From positions 19,964,001 to 20,028,000 of the forward strand of contig NC_087258.1 in the NCBI RefSeq assembly GCF_037042905.1: DNA of 64,000 bases. Direction: 5' to 3'. Below the pieces are notes generated by a model. It was given only the letters and a program-made list of their open reading frames with translations. It was not told where the DNA came from and searched no databases. Numbering within the stretch: the first letter of the stretch is position 1; each line of letters opens with the position of its first letter. The stretch comes from Lytechinus pictus (lineage: Eukaryota). Shown piece after piece: positions 1 through 13,386 of this stretch. The position numbers and the translations under genes are program-made.

Positions 1-144
1 TGACGTAACAAATCAAAACTTAAGATTCTTGTACCTTTCTTAATCTTTGATGGATTTACCTCAAATATTATTATCAATATTTAGTCTTGATATTTTTCTG
101 GTATTTTTATCCAACAAACTTTTTCATCTGGGTGAACTTCCCCT
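1..144. mobile_element. Right arm of a TTAA-target MITE (same family as 53255-53752)
   Basis: Ends GGGTGAACTTCCCCT followed by TTAA (145-148), the same terminus as the complete copy at 53255-53752. Confidence 0.75.
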
Positions 145-177
145 TTAACTCGTTTAAATTACCTTGATACCTTGCAG

Positions 178-312
178 ATGGGGATCAAGAATGGACTGAT
201 GAGCAGGATGACCCTGCTGACCAGCCTTCTACCAGCGAGTCCACAAGCGCACCCGTGATGACCGATGCGCCACCAGTGGAAATCAAGCAAGAACCTCTGA
301 GTGATGATGAGG
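178..312 (+). CDS. Internal coding exon (phase 1/phase 1) of a zinc-finger locus; acidic linker with a psi-K-x-E (IKQE) motif
   Basis: Acceptor TTGCAG ends at 177 and donor GTATGC starts at 313. The open frame reads (D)GDQEWTDEQDDPADQPSTSESTSAPVMTDAPPVEIKQEPLSDDE(G). Its phase matches the acceptors at 1121 and 14203. Upstream exons lie outside the window. Confidence 0.8.
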
Positions 313-1121
313 GTATGCGCACACTCCTCCATTTCAAGCTTTTCATATTTATAGCAGTCTAGAATTTTAACCGTAACCAGGCAGAGGTGGGAAGGAGGGC
401 TGATGAGAGGTTCTACCTCAACATTTTGAGCAATGTTTTTGCGATTCTAAGTTAGCTCTTGCCGTGATGCATGGGAGTAAAGTAAAGAATTATATAACAT
501 TGACTGGCCTTGAGGGAAACATGAAATACATTGCCTGAAACTGAATCATATTGGCCCAAGTCTTTAGACAAGGGCAATAAATTTGACATTCCCCGAAAGA
601 AGAGCCAGTCAATATTTTTGTTATAATCTAAATAATGTATCTCAAGCAAAAATCATGAAAATTGAGATATTTCACTCCTAAAATGGAATTCTAATTGTCA
701 TGTTGAGCATCTAGGGCCTCTGAACCTTACCGTATTGATGTACTAGTAACTGAAATGTTGCGTCCATGGGTTTGTCCTATACGGGATGCAGATCGATTAT
801 AAGGTATGTTGTTGATGCGCAGATACATATGACGCATATCTCTTTCTGCGCATCCTCAGATGCTCGGATATGAGACCTGGGAAAAAACAAAGGTATATTT
901 TGTGTCGTCTCTTCATGCAAAGTCGGTACACGCAGAAAGACCAAGCAAAATACAAATAATATCTCTACCTCTTTCCTATATTCATAAAATCTCAGGGAAA
1001 TACGGTTTTGTAAATTATGTCTGATATTGGTAATAATTATGAACATTTAGTTTTGATAGTGAAATGAATTGGTTTTCCACACAAACTTGCATTTTTTTCT
1101 TTTGTATATTGTCCTTTCCAG

Positions 1122-4100
1122 GCCAACACATTCCTTACCAAGAGGATCCCGACCAATTTGCAGAGAGCTACAAGATGTTAGAATCCTTGCGGAGATCCTG
1201 TGAGCAAGGGGTAGCAGAGAGATCTTCTACAGGTGGCCCCTTGGACAGTAAGTCGCCCCCTCCGTTGCTTGACGTAGATGGAATCAAACAAGAAAGGGTA
1301 GAGGTTATCATTTGCGCAATCTGTGGTGATATGTACAATAACCAGAGTGCTTTTGATGAACACCAAAAAGTTTCACACTTTTCTGTAATAAACCGTCACT
1401 CTGTGGTCGGAGATGAAAGGGGAGTGGAACTCTCCAAGGAGACTGTGGGGAATGACCCAGTCTCTCAGATAGTCAGGTTTGAAGTAGAGGAAGGAGGTTA
1501 TGAGGTATTGGATGAAACAAAGAATGTCCAGAATTCAGTAGATCCAGAGGAAGGGTGGAACCTTAGTGGAAGCCAAGAAATGCCAAGTAACTCCCAATGT
1601 GTACAATCCGAGTCCCGTACTTGTAGATTTTGTAAGAAAGCATGTCCCAACAAGCGTATGTACTTGCTACACTTGAGAACTAAACACAGTGAAGAACTCC
1701 CTTATGAATGTCCAAATTGTAAGGCCAGGTACTTGGAGAAGAGAGACTTGGATAGTTTCAGTCGCACCAGGGCAGGGCGAACTGATAAGGGTGGTAAGGA
1801 CAGAAATATTTGTGAGTTTTGCGGGGACAAGACCTCATATCTTTGCCTCACGTGTGATAAGGAATTTAAAAGCAGATCCAAATTGATAGCGCATCAAAAG
1901 GTGCACAGTAAACACAGACTGTGCTATTGCCATTTGTGTGACGAGTACTTTCCAGATACGCGGCAAACTAGGGAGCATTTAGAGACCCACTATCCTATCA
2001 TAGACAAAAAACAAAATAATAAAAGACAGTCAGTTCAGGCTGCAAGTAGGATCGGGAGGAATGGTCAAATAATCTCTGGTACCATTACACCGTACAGGAA
2101 GAGGCCACCTCCCGGCGCTGGCACCAGGGTGCCTCTTCCCCGCTTTGAGCATATGCAGAACAGCCAGCGCCAGAATTATTTACCTAAACACTTCCTGTCT
2201 CTTGGAGTTCCATATTTTGTCCGTTCTTCTGATCAAAGGCCACAGCATCCTGATATGTCTGTACAGTCCATTCTAGATACTGTCCACAGGGCTGCTTCGC
2301 AGGTGCAAACCTCTTTTCCATCGCCTAGCCATTGCTGCCAGTGGTGTGGCATGGATTTTGATAATTTAAAAGAATTGGTGGAGCATACACAAATCCACAT
2401 CAAAAAGGATAAAACACAATGCCCGGTCTGTAAGAAATATTCCAGATCAAGAAAACTCTTCAGGAAGCACCTTAGACAACATGGTATCATTCTTTCCTAT
2501 GAGTCAAGTTCGCGTTCATCATGCAATTCTCAGATGTCTATGCAATCAAGGAACAGTATGTTGATGTCGCGCAAGAAAACTCCTCCTAAAACTTACATAT
2601 CTCAGAGGGCTAAACTAAAAAGGAGTGACAGGTTGATGAAAAAATACCTGTCTGATAGGTCGAATAAATCCAGGTCCTCATCTAGCCTTGGAAAATGTCC
2701 AGTAGAATCTCAAAATTTTGAAAACAGGCAAAACACCCAACATGCCAGCAGTCACTCTGTTTACCCCCAGCAAAACAATCCGTCTCTGAATTTTGAGAGT
2801 AACACAAGTGTTGACTCATCACAAAATTCAATACTTTCTAGTCCAGGAGACGAAAAGTCCTACATTCATAGTTGTGGTGGGTGCAAATGCGAATTCAAGA
2901 GTCGAGAATTGCTTTCCCAGCATATCTGTGTACCGAAATTCAAGTTAGGCATATATTGTCATCTTTGCCCGAAGTGGTTTGAATCCAAACTTGGCTTGCA
3001 GTGGCATATGAGCCTCGAACATCCTCAGACAAATGAAATTCATGTTGAAGAGTCTGTTAGCACCAAAGATCAACGGTCAGTTGCGCACCCCCTCATTCGT
3101 GAAGTTTGTTCCAAATCTTCTGCTCCTCTGAGTGGTCCCATGACTCATTGGAAAGGTCCCAGCATGAACACTCAGTCAAAGGTACAATCCCAAAGCTGTA
3201 ATACTGTACACCAACTAGGCCGGATGTCCGGCCGGAAACGGAATAACCCATTCAATGATCAAGAAGAGAAACTCAGATGTGCATGGTGCCAGAAGGAGTT
3301 TCATAGTTTGAGGGAACAGTTGGATCATATCAATATCCACCTTGCATGGGGTAACAACCGTTGTCCAATCTGTGGAAAGTGGTATGCTTTACAACCCTTA
3401 AGAGCACACCTCAGGGTTGCTCATGCAATAGTAACGCCCAGCCGTGGCAGAATCTTTGCCTTTTCACCAATGACTCCCTTGCTTCGAGGATTGCAGATTC
3501 GCTGTTCTTGGTGTGATGAAGAATTTGATTCAAGGAGTGCACTGGATATTCATACACAGCTCCACATCAGCAAGGAAAGTAACCGGTGCCCACTATGCGG
3601 CATGTGGTTCAAAAACCCTCAGTCTCAAGGTTTTTTCAGGTTGCATCTGAGAAATCATGGTATACCAGTAAGCATGACATCAGATGATGGAAGATTGACC
3701 AATGATAGCTCAAGAAAGGACACCTATCCATCTTCTGTATCCCAAACCATTGATAAGTTCAAGCAGATTGATCATACTTCCACAGAGCGACAGAAAAAGT
3801 CAGTCGAGTCAGAATATGCTGATGATAAGGAGAAACTCTGCTGTGCCTGGTGTTCCAAACAATTTCATGATGCCAATGAACTATTGGAACATACAAACAC
3901 CCATATTGCTTACGGTAACAACTGTTGTCCAGTTTGTAAGAAGTGGTATAGTTTATCTTCGATAAAGCGCCACCTGAAACTAAATCACGGTATTAACACC
4001 GCTTATCATACTAGAAAGTTTGATGCTTCACCAAGGATCACCTTGCCTCAAGAAATGCAGAATCGCTGCAAATGGTGCGATGAACAATTTGAGTCCAGCA

Positions 4101-7100
4101 AAGCTCTAGGAATTCACTCACTCCTCCACATTTGCGATGGAAAGAACTGTTGTCCTGTTTGTGGCAAGTGGTTTGGACGAGTGAAACGGGATTTCAAGGT
4201 CCATCTACGTTGCCATGGCGTTTTCATACCTCGTGATTATAAAGTTATAAAGGTTGATGATGAAAATAATGTTGTGCTCCCTTCACAGATGGGTGGTTTC
4301 AAACTCAAGACAATGCATGTCCCAAATATGCAAAATGAAGGCACATCTTACAAACTATGTTGTGCCTGGTGTAAGAAGCAATTCATTGAGGAAGATGAAC
4401 TAGTAAGTCATACCAACATCCATTTTGCACATGGCAACAACTGTTGTCCAATCTGTAAGACTTGGTATAGACAACTGTCTAGTATGAAGCACCATCTCAA
4501 GGTCTCTCATGGAATAAACACTTCTGATAAAGACAGGAATTTTGATATTTCTCTCTCAGTTGACCCCGGTCAGGAAATACAGAATCGCTGTCGATGGTGT
4601 GATGAAGAATTTAAGTCTAGCAATGCCCTTGCAAGTCACACGCTTCTCCACATTGGCAGGGGAAAGAAGCGTTGTCCAGTGTGTGGCGAGTGGTTTAGAC
4701 AATCAGCAAAACAGAGTTTCAAAGTCCATCTCCGAAGCCATGGCATCATCTTGCCCTGTACAACATACGCACAGAATGTTGATGGTTCAAATATGGTGCT
4801 GCCTGCTTCAGAGATTGTTGTCATGGACAAGATGGAAGTGCATAGCCCAAATAAATTGAATCAAGACACAACATGTATCTGGTGTTCAAAGCATTTTCAT
4901 GACACAGACAAACTCCTGGATCATATCAACATCCACATTGCAGTAGGCAACAACTGTTGTCCTGTATGTAAGAAATGGTTTACTCTTGAATACTTCAAGG
5001 GGCACCTGAAACTTCATGGAATCGACACTCCTGTTCATGGTAGGAAGTTTGATGTTCGAGCAGCAGACACTGAACAAGAAATGCAAAACCATTGTCGATG
5101 GTGTTATGAGGAGTTTGATTCAGCCGAATCTCTAGGTAGCCATTCCCGCCTCCACGTTAGCACGGGCTCAAACCGCTGCCCCGTCTGTGGGAAGTGGTTC
5201 AGAAGTGACCAGATATTGGAATTCCAATTGCATCTCAGGAAGCATGGCATAAACATACCCTCTGAAGAGGGGATTCCTATTGAGGATATAAGCAGTGAAG
5301 CTGCCATTTCAAAGGAAAATATGAAGGACGCGCCAACTGCAAGAGGGCCGAATGAAGGAACTTCCTTCAAGATCCCACAACCCCCAAGTGATAGAGTGGA
5401 AATGACACTTGGCATTACTGCTGAAAGTCCACCGTATGACATGACTCATGAGCAGCTTCCAAACACAGATGATCATGCAAAAGAATGTTCTTCATCCCAA
5501 GAACAAGACTATCATGTGGATAGTGATCGAAAGCTCCCTTCATCTCAAGAAAGGCTTACCTTTGTAAAATCTAGTGACTTGGTAGAGGGAAGGTCGCAAT
5601 GTTGTAGTTGTGGAACAAAATTCAATGATTCACAGGAAGTTTTAGATCATATTGAGGACCACAGCTATGCGCATAGAAAGTTTTGTCCTATCTGCGGCAA
5701 GTTATTAAGCCTGAAAAAACCAAGATCAAACTCGTACCTAAGAATGCATGGCATTATCAGGCCTGAAACCATGTGTAATGACAAAGTGGCCATTGATGAT
5801 ATTAGAAGACCACCTGTTTCGGCGGACAGAGAGAACTTGGAAGTTTATCAAACAGTAATGCAGGTTGACGAATCTTGTTACCAAACAGAACTTGTCTCAA
5901 ATGATGGGCATGAAATGATAAAATGCACCCATGCTGGAAATCTGTGTGCTGACCTCACTTGTGAGAACCTGCAGAACACTGAAAGATCTTTGAAGGAATT
6001 TGATACATTTGGCACCTCTGATGAAGTTCAACAAGGAGACTGTAATCCACAGACAAAGGTGCCCTCATCTTGTGAAACACAAAATCTATCTTCAGACCCA
6101 TATGGTATAGAATTGATTGAGGATGACATCGGGTCACCTGCTTTGCAGAACCTAGAAAACTTGGAATCGGATCAAACAGTGGTGCAGAAGGAAGGGACCT
6201 CAAATGAAATGGATCTCCCCCCGAATAATGTACATGAAAATGCAGCTGAAAATCTGCCTGGTGACCTCACTTGTGAAAACCTGCAGAACGCTGAAAGATC
6301 TTTGAAAGCATGTGATACATCTGGAACCTCTGATCAAGTACAGCAACAGGATCGTATCCAGCAGCCAAAAGTGCACCCATGTGGGGAACCTCAAAATCAA
6401 TCTATAAGACCATATAGTATGAAAGTCGCTGATAAAGAAAGCAGATGGCAATGTTCTCTTTGTCAGAAGAAATTTCATGAAGCAGTAGAAGTTGTATATC
6501 ATGTACAGGTCCACGCAGAAGGTGATGTCAAACGTTGCCCGATCTGTGCAGAGACCTTGATCCTGCAGAAGTATGCATTCACATCACATTTCATTAAACA
6601 TGGCATTTTGATTACCCAGTCACCTATGTCACAGGACATGAACAAGGAAACGAATAACAGTATGGTGAGGAATGAAGGCACCGTAGCTAACAGGCCATGT
6701 AGTGATATCCCTCAAGAGAATAGTCATAAGATGGGGAAATCTTTAGAGGAAAATTCTTCATCCCAAACGTCTGATTACGTACAAGATGATAGGGTCCCGG
6801 AGGCGGTACACACCTCTCTTGATGTACAATCTGTAAAGAAGGAGAAGACATGGCAGTGCTGTTTTTGTAAGATAGATTTTCATGACCCAATGGAAGTCGT
6901 GGAACATTCAAATGTTCATGTGAAAGGCAACGTTAAGCGTTGTCCAATCTGTTCCCAGTTCATAAGTCGGAAGCCGTTTGCAATGAACAAACATTTCAGG
7001 AAGCATAAAATTAAGATCCCCTCAAACAGTGACAATGCCATCGTTGGTCATACAAGCAATGACTCTCTTGTTTCGCAGGACGTTGCGAACAAACAAACAG

Positions 7101-7123
7101 AGCACACAGGTGGAATTGAATAA
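1122..7123 (+). CDS. Giant terminal exon encoding about 2000 aa of a C2H2 zinc-finger protein (about 30 fingers, 24 of them in 12 paired modules)
   Basis: 6-kb uninterrupted ORF. A polypyrimidine tract and TTTCCAG acceptor end at 1121 (phase 1, G-Q-H-I-P...). Many CxxC...HxxxH motifs; stop TAA at 7121-7123; AATAAA at 8253. Confidence 0.9.
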
Positions 7124-7692
7124 AATCTCTTGGCTCAGATACTGCACCCGTCATATGATATTTAATTAGGACATGACGCAAGATATTGTGTGAATTGTGT
7201 CCATACTGTTTACAACATCAGTGTTTCATAAAATGTTTCATCAACTGAATAATTGCCAGATTTCAAAGACAAATTTTGTATTGGCTGAATCGATTGCAGG
7301 GATTTCAGGACCTCTTGATTGTTCCATGTAACTTGCTAGGAATGTCCTTTATTATGTAGGCTTCCGGTTCCACTTCAAGTTGATTGCTTGTATTCATACA
7401 GTGTTGGTTCCGGTGTCAGTGCAGGTTTGATAGTGGAAATCTTGAGAGATTTTCATGAAAGGACTTCTCAGCCAATCAAGGAAAGTTGTCAGATCTGATG
7501 ATATGTCAGACAGCAACTGTTGATGAAACCCTCCCCAGGCTGCTTATTTACTTTTAGCTCCAACAGATATGACTTTATCAAAATAAGGTCAGTCATATCA
7601 TGAATAGCTTGACACCAGTAAGTGATGTTAATTCTATCAGCGTCTTTTCGGATTTGGTATTGTCCTAGGCCCTGATGATTATTAGGAATTTC

Positions 7693-7985
7693 GGGGGCGT
7701 CGTGGTCTAGTGGTTACGACTTTCTTCTTTCAATCAGAGGGACGTGGGTTCGAATCCCAGCCATGGCGTGTTTTCCTTCAGCAAGAAGTTTACCCACATT
7801 GTGCTGTACTTGAACCAGGTGAGGTGAATGGGTACCCAGTGGGATTTATTCCTTGAATGCTTTTTTGCCTATTTGGCAGCTCAGCTACAGCCAGGGTAAT
7901 AATATGATACCAATTATCAAGTGCAGTAGAGTATATGCAATTATAGTAGCTGCGCTATTTATTAATGGACCATATTATTATTATT
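7693..7985 (+). mobile_element. tRNA-derived SINE
   Basis: Pol III A box TGGTCTAGTGG and B box GGTTCGAATCC, followed by a non-tRNA body and a (TAT)n tail. Confidence 0.85.
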
Positions 7986-8709
7986 TTTCCCTCTGTGATG
8001 TATGGAGGATTCAAGAACACAGTAAACGTATTGAAAATGCTCGTCAAATGACAAAGAACAGCCGTGAGGTCTTTGTCGAAAATTGATGAACCGGAAAAGG
8101 CAGTTTCATCCCTTCGTTTCGGAGCCGACGTTTGTTTGACATTTGCCCAGCGTCAAGCACTAAACTACTGCTATGATTCACTAGTTTTCGATTTCTTGGT
8201 TTTTGCCCTAAAAAATATTTTGAAATTTAAGTCCAAGGTTTTGTGACGTTGCAATAAAACTGATTGCATTATATAATTATTCTCTTACTCTTGCAGTGCT
8301 CCTTGATTCAATCCTGTAGCTAACACTGATCTTCATGTACAGTAATCCTTTTGAGGTTAAAAAAAGCATTTAGTTCTGTTTCATGTGAATTTTGACTTGA
8401 TTGTTAAGTGTCATATGGGATGACCAAGTTTACTTTCCCATTCTGATGCTTCGATTCGACTATGGGCACTCACAATCAAATTTTGGAAAATATAGATGTA
8501 TTTTCTGCATCAAAACTCTGTCAACATTTGATAAGTAAAATTGTACTCCCATTGGCTCATATTGGTTTGGCTTACTATATACTCAGCTGTGGAACTTTGC
8601 ATGTTTATGGAATGCTTGCATGTCTTCAATGATTATTCTTTGTTGTCATTTGTGATTTTGTTAATGATATGGCTTTAAAACTTTCCATTTCTAAAGCACT
8701 ATAGACTGA

Positions 8710-11700
8710 TTATTGCATTGACGCCCAATGGCGACAATGCATTGTTCTTGTTCCGTATTCCTATTCCGTCGTCTTCTTCTTCTTCTGCTTCTTCCACAAA
8801 ATCCCATTTGTTTAACACATGGTTTTTGTTAGCTCTACCCTGGCTCCGTCCCTCATCCAAATTCATCCAAACTTTGTAGACATGTTGTCCAGCATCCCTA
8901 GTTGTGCACCTCGTCTTCCATTTTCCAAAATCACTCATGCATGACCATCAAGGCGCCATTTTGTAAATTTCAAGTCCATTTGCATACCATTACTAATCTC
9001 GTCCTAACTCCCGCATCCTGCATGCTACAAACTTCTAACAAATTCCTATAGATAGTCAAAGAGTTGCTCCATCATTTGCGACGTATAACCTGACCTTCAA
9101 AATGCCATCTTCATGCCCTAAATTCAAATCCGAAATAGCCTTCCTTCAAAAACTTCATATTTATTGAAATGTAAAGTCAAAAAATCCTAAAATGGCCATA
9201 ACTTTCTTGTTTTTATTCAATTCGAGCTAATATTTTCAGGAATTATTACAGGCAACATATCATACTTACGAGTAAGTTTTCACGCATCATTGACCTTCCG
9301 GTATTGAAATAGCGCCCTCTAAAGTTTCAAAAACGCTTACGTTTGAATGCTCCTCATTGCGTCATGCATGGCCAAACCCGTACCCTTTTTTAGATTTAGG
9401 GTGTTCAAGATATGCCCTTTCATGCCATTTATAAAAATATATACCTTACCACTGACGAAATATCTGAAAAATGCTCCCGAAAATCAGCAAAATACGCAAA
9501 AATGCACTATAATGCCAGCATAACTTCAACTTGCTCTTATTTCCTTATTATTAAAGCTTATCCTTTCTAACTTGGCAGAAATGAGTATTGATATATACTT
9601 CAACCGTTCGTCAACCTTTTGTGACAGAAACTGACAAAGAGCTGACGTCAGCTTAAAATTATTGTGCAAAACTGTCATTTTTAATGTCTTTCTTTATATG
9701 GCATTTACTTCCGGTCTATTGCTTGTGCACAAATAAAAGTGGTACCAATGTCACCGCATGGGAAAGCTCTTTCCAGTGATACCAAATACGACATAGGTTA
9801 CAACAGAAAATTTCAAGATAAGCCAATCTGAACACTGGTATACTACTCACGATGCATACATTATCAATAACAGAATTGTACACAATGTCTACGGCATAAC
9901 GTATTATGCATGCACATCGTTCTGGTACGTACTTTACACTGAGTTACGTTAATGAACTGTCAGGGAAATTTGTACGCTTATTCATATCACTCTCTCTGTG
10001 TCTTTCTCTCCTTTCTCTCTCTTCGTTGAGCGGCCATATGGTCTAAAAATGGACGAAATCTGTTTAGCTCGAGAATGTAACTTCCTATGGAGGGCAAAAT
10101 GTACCAAAATGCACTTTGATTAACATGTAATTTTTGTTAGTCCTCCCCTGCCTCCGCTCCTCATCCAAATTCATTCCGATTTGGTAGACATGTTGTCCAT
10201 GATGCATTATTGTGTACCTCTTATTTCATTTTCTTAAATCATTCATGCATGACAGTGCATGCACCATTTTGAGTGAGTGACATCATCATCTCTCTCATTT
10301 GGATGTAAGTGGCTCGTTCATATAACTATTTTGTTAAAAATAAGCGAAACTTTGAAATGTCATAACTTTCTTATTTTACATCCGATTTTGATGAAATTTT
10401 TAGCATTGTGCTTGTCTGATTTTTCCCTATTGATTCAAATCAACATTTTTCAGAGGTGGATTTGACCTTTCAATCAGACGCGTCAATGCATGCACATCGT
10501 TCTGAAACGATTGCAGTTCTAGTTCCGTATTCCTATTCCGTCGTCTTCTTCTTCTTCCACAAAATCCCATTTGTTTAACACATGGTTTTTGTTAGCTCTA
10601 CCCTGGCTCCGTCCCTAATCCAAATTCATCCAAACTTTGTAGACATGTTGTCCAGCATCCCTAGTTGTGCACCTCGTCTTCAATTTTCCAAAATCACTCA
10701 TGCATGACCATCAAGGCGCCATTTTGTAACTTTCAAGTCCATTTGCATACCATTTATAATCTCGTCCTAACTCCCGCATCCTGCATGCTACAAACTTCTA
10801 ACAAATTGCTATAGATAGTCAAAGAGTTGCTCCATCATTTGCGACGTATAACCCGACCTTAAAAATGCCATCTTCATGCCCTAAATTCAAATCCGAAATA
10901 GCCTTCCTTCAAAAACGTCATATTTATTGAAATGTAAAGTCAAAAAATCCTAAAATGGCCATAACTTTCTTGTTTTTATTCAATTCGAGCTAATATTTTC
11001 AGGAATTAATACAGGCAACATATCATACTTACGAGGTAGTTTTCACACATCATTGACCTTCCGGTATTGAAATAGCGCCCTCTAAATTTTCAAAAACGCT
11101 TACGTTTGAATGCTCCTCATTGCGTCATGCATGGCCAAACCCGTACCCTTTTTTAGATTTAGGGTGTTCAAGATATGCCCTTTCATGCCATTTAGAAAAA
11201 TATATACCTTACCACTGACGAATCTGAAAAATGCTCCCGAAAATCAGCAAAATACGCAAAAATGCACTATAATGCCAGCACAACTTCAACTAGCTCTTAT
11301 TTCCTTGTTATTGAAGCTTATCCTTTCTAACTTGGCAGATATGAGTATTGATATATTATATACTTCAACCGTTCGTCGACCTTTTGTGACAGAAAATGAC
11401 ATAAAGCTGACGTCAGCTTAAAATTATTGTGAAAAACTATCATTTTTAATGTCTTTCTTTATATGGCATTTACTTCCGGTCTATTGCTTGCGCACAATTA
11501 AAAGTGGTATCAATGTCACCGCATTGGAATGCTCTTTCCACTGATACCAAATACGACATAGGTTACAACAGAAAATTTCAAGATAAGCCAATCTGAACAC
11601 ATGGTATACTGCTCACAATGCACATATTATTAACAAGAAAATTGTACACAATGTCTATGGCATAACGTATTATGCATGCACTTCGTTCTGCTATGTACTT

Positions 11701-12288
11701 TACACTGAGTTACGTTTATGAACTGTCAGGGAAATTTGTATGCTTATTCATATTACTCTCTCTGTGTCTTTCTCTCCCTTCTCTCTCTTTGTTGAGCGGC
11801 CATAGTCTAAAAATTGACGAAATCTGTTTGACTCCAGAATGTAACTTCCTATGGAGGGCAAAATGTACCAAAATCCACTTTGATTAACATGTAATTTTTG
11901 TTAGTTCTCCCCTGCCTCCGCTCCTCATCCAAATTCATTCCGATTTGGTAGACATGTTGTCCATAATGTATTATTGTGTACCTCTTATTTCATTTTCTAA
12001 AATCATTCGTGCATGACAGTGCATGCGCCATTTTGAGTGAGTGACATCATCATCTCTCTCATTTGGATGTAACTGGCTCGTTCATGTAACTATTTTGTTA
12101 AAAATAAGCGAAACTTTGAAATGTCATAACTTTCTTATTTTACATCCGATTTTGATGAAATTTTCAGCATTGTCCTTGTCTGATTTTTCCCTATTGATTC
12201 AAATCAACATTTTTCTGAGGTGGACTTGACCTTTCAATTAGACGCGTCAATGCATGCACATCGTTCTGAAACGATTGCAGTTCTAGTT
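8710..12288 (+). mobile_element. Head-to-tail dimer of a ~1.77-kb non-autonomous Helentron/DINE-1-like element
   Basis: 5' subterminal IR TGCATTGACGC (8714-8724) within a hairpin; its complement GCGTCAATGCA at 10480 and 12244. Each 3' IR is followed by the stem-loop ATCGTTctgAAACGAT and the end TTCTAGTT. There is a (TCT)n tract and an internal core duplication. The two units (about 8744-10524 and 10516-12288) are highly similar. Confidence 0.8.
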
Positions 12289-12296
12289 GAAACATG

Positions 12297-13386
12297 TTTT
12301 TGTCTCACCTGCATAGCAGAGTGAGACTATAGGCGCCGCTTTTCCGACGGCGGCGGCGGCGTCAACACCAAATCTTAACCTGAGGTTAAGTTTAACTTAG
12401 AAAGTATATGGACCTAGGTCATGAAACTTGGCCATAAGGTTAATCAAGTATTACTGAACATCCTGCCTGAGTTTCATGTCACATGACCAAGATCAAAGGT
12501 CATTTAGGGTCAATGAACTTAGACCATGTTGGGGGAATCAACATCAAAATCTTAACCTAAGGTTAAGTTTTTGAAATGTCATCATAACTTAGAAAATATA
12601 TGGACCTAGTTCATTAAACTTATACATAAGGTTAATCAAGTATCACTGAACATCCTGCATGAGTTTCACGTCACATGACCAAGGTCAAAGGTCATTTAGG
12701 GTCAATGAACTTTGGCCGAATTGGGGGTATCTGTTGAATTACCATCATAACTTTGAAAGTTTATGGATCTGATTCATGAAACTTTGACATAATAGTAATC
12801 AAGTATTACTGAACATCCTGTGCAAGTTTCAGGTCACATGATCAAGGTCAAAGGTCATTTAGGGTAATTGAACTTTGACCAAATTGGGGTATTTGTTGAA
12901 TTACAGCCATAACTTTGAAAGTGTGTTGGTCTAATTCATAAAACTTGGACATAAGAGTAATCAAGTATCACTGAACATCCTGTGCACATTTTAGGTCACA
13001 TGACCAAGGTCAAAGGTCAATGAACTTTGGCCATAATGGGGGTATCTGTTAAATTACCATCATAACTTTGAAAGTTGATGGATCTGACTCTTGAAACTTG
13101 GACATAAGACTAATCAAGTATCACTGAACATCCTGTGCGAGTTTCAGGTCACATATCCAAGGTCAAAGGTCATGTAAGGTCAAAGAACTTTGTCCACGTT
13201 GGGGGTATTTGTTGAATTGCCATCATATCTCTATAAGTGTATTGGTCTAGTTCATAAAACGTGGAAATAAGAGTAACCAAGTATCACTGAACATCTTGTG
13301 CGAGTTATAGTAGTTTCCAAAATCAGCACTGCTTCTATATTGAATCGCGTGATGCAGGTGAGACGGCCAGAGGCATTCCACTTGTT
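12297..13386 (+). mobile_element. Second Helentron/DINE-1-like element family with about six internal 155-190-bp tandem repeats
   Basis: 5' TTTT-GTCTCACCTGCAT with nearby partial IR GTGAGAC, then (GGC)n. The 3' subTIR ATGCAGGTGAGAC is followed by a short stem GCCagaGGC and CTTGTT. The internal motif ATCAAGTATYACTGAACATC recurs about six times. Confidence 0.8.

Noticed and set aside
1064-1121. ORF-track start codons at 1064 and 14182 as true N-termini
   Set aside because: Both extensions run through polypyrimidine tracts ending in CAG acceptors, so they are intronic read-through.
7693-7765. tRNA gene
   Set aside because: A and B boxes are present, but the anticodon arm is degenerate and the sequence continues into a SINE body and (TAT)n tail.
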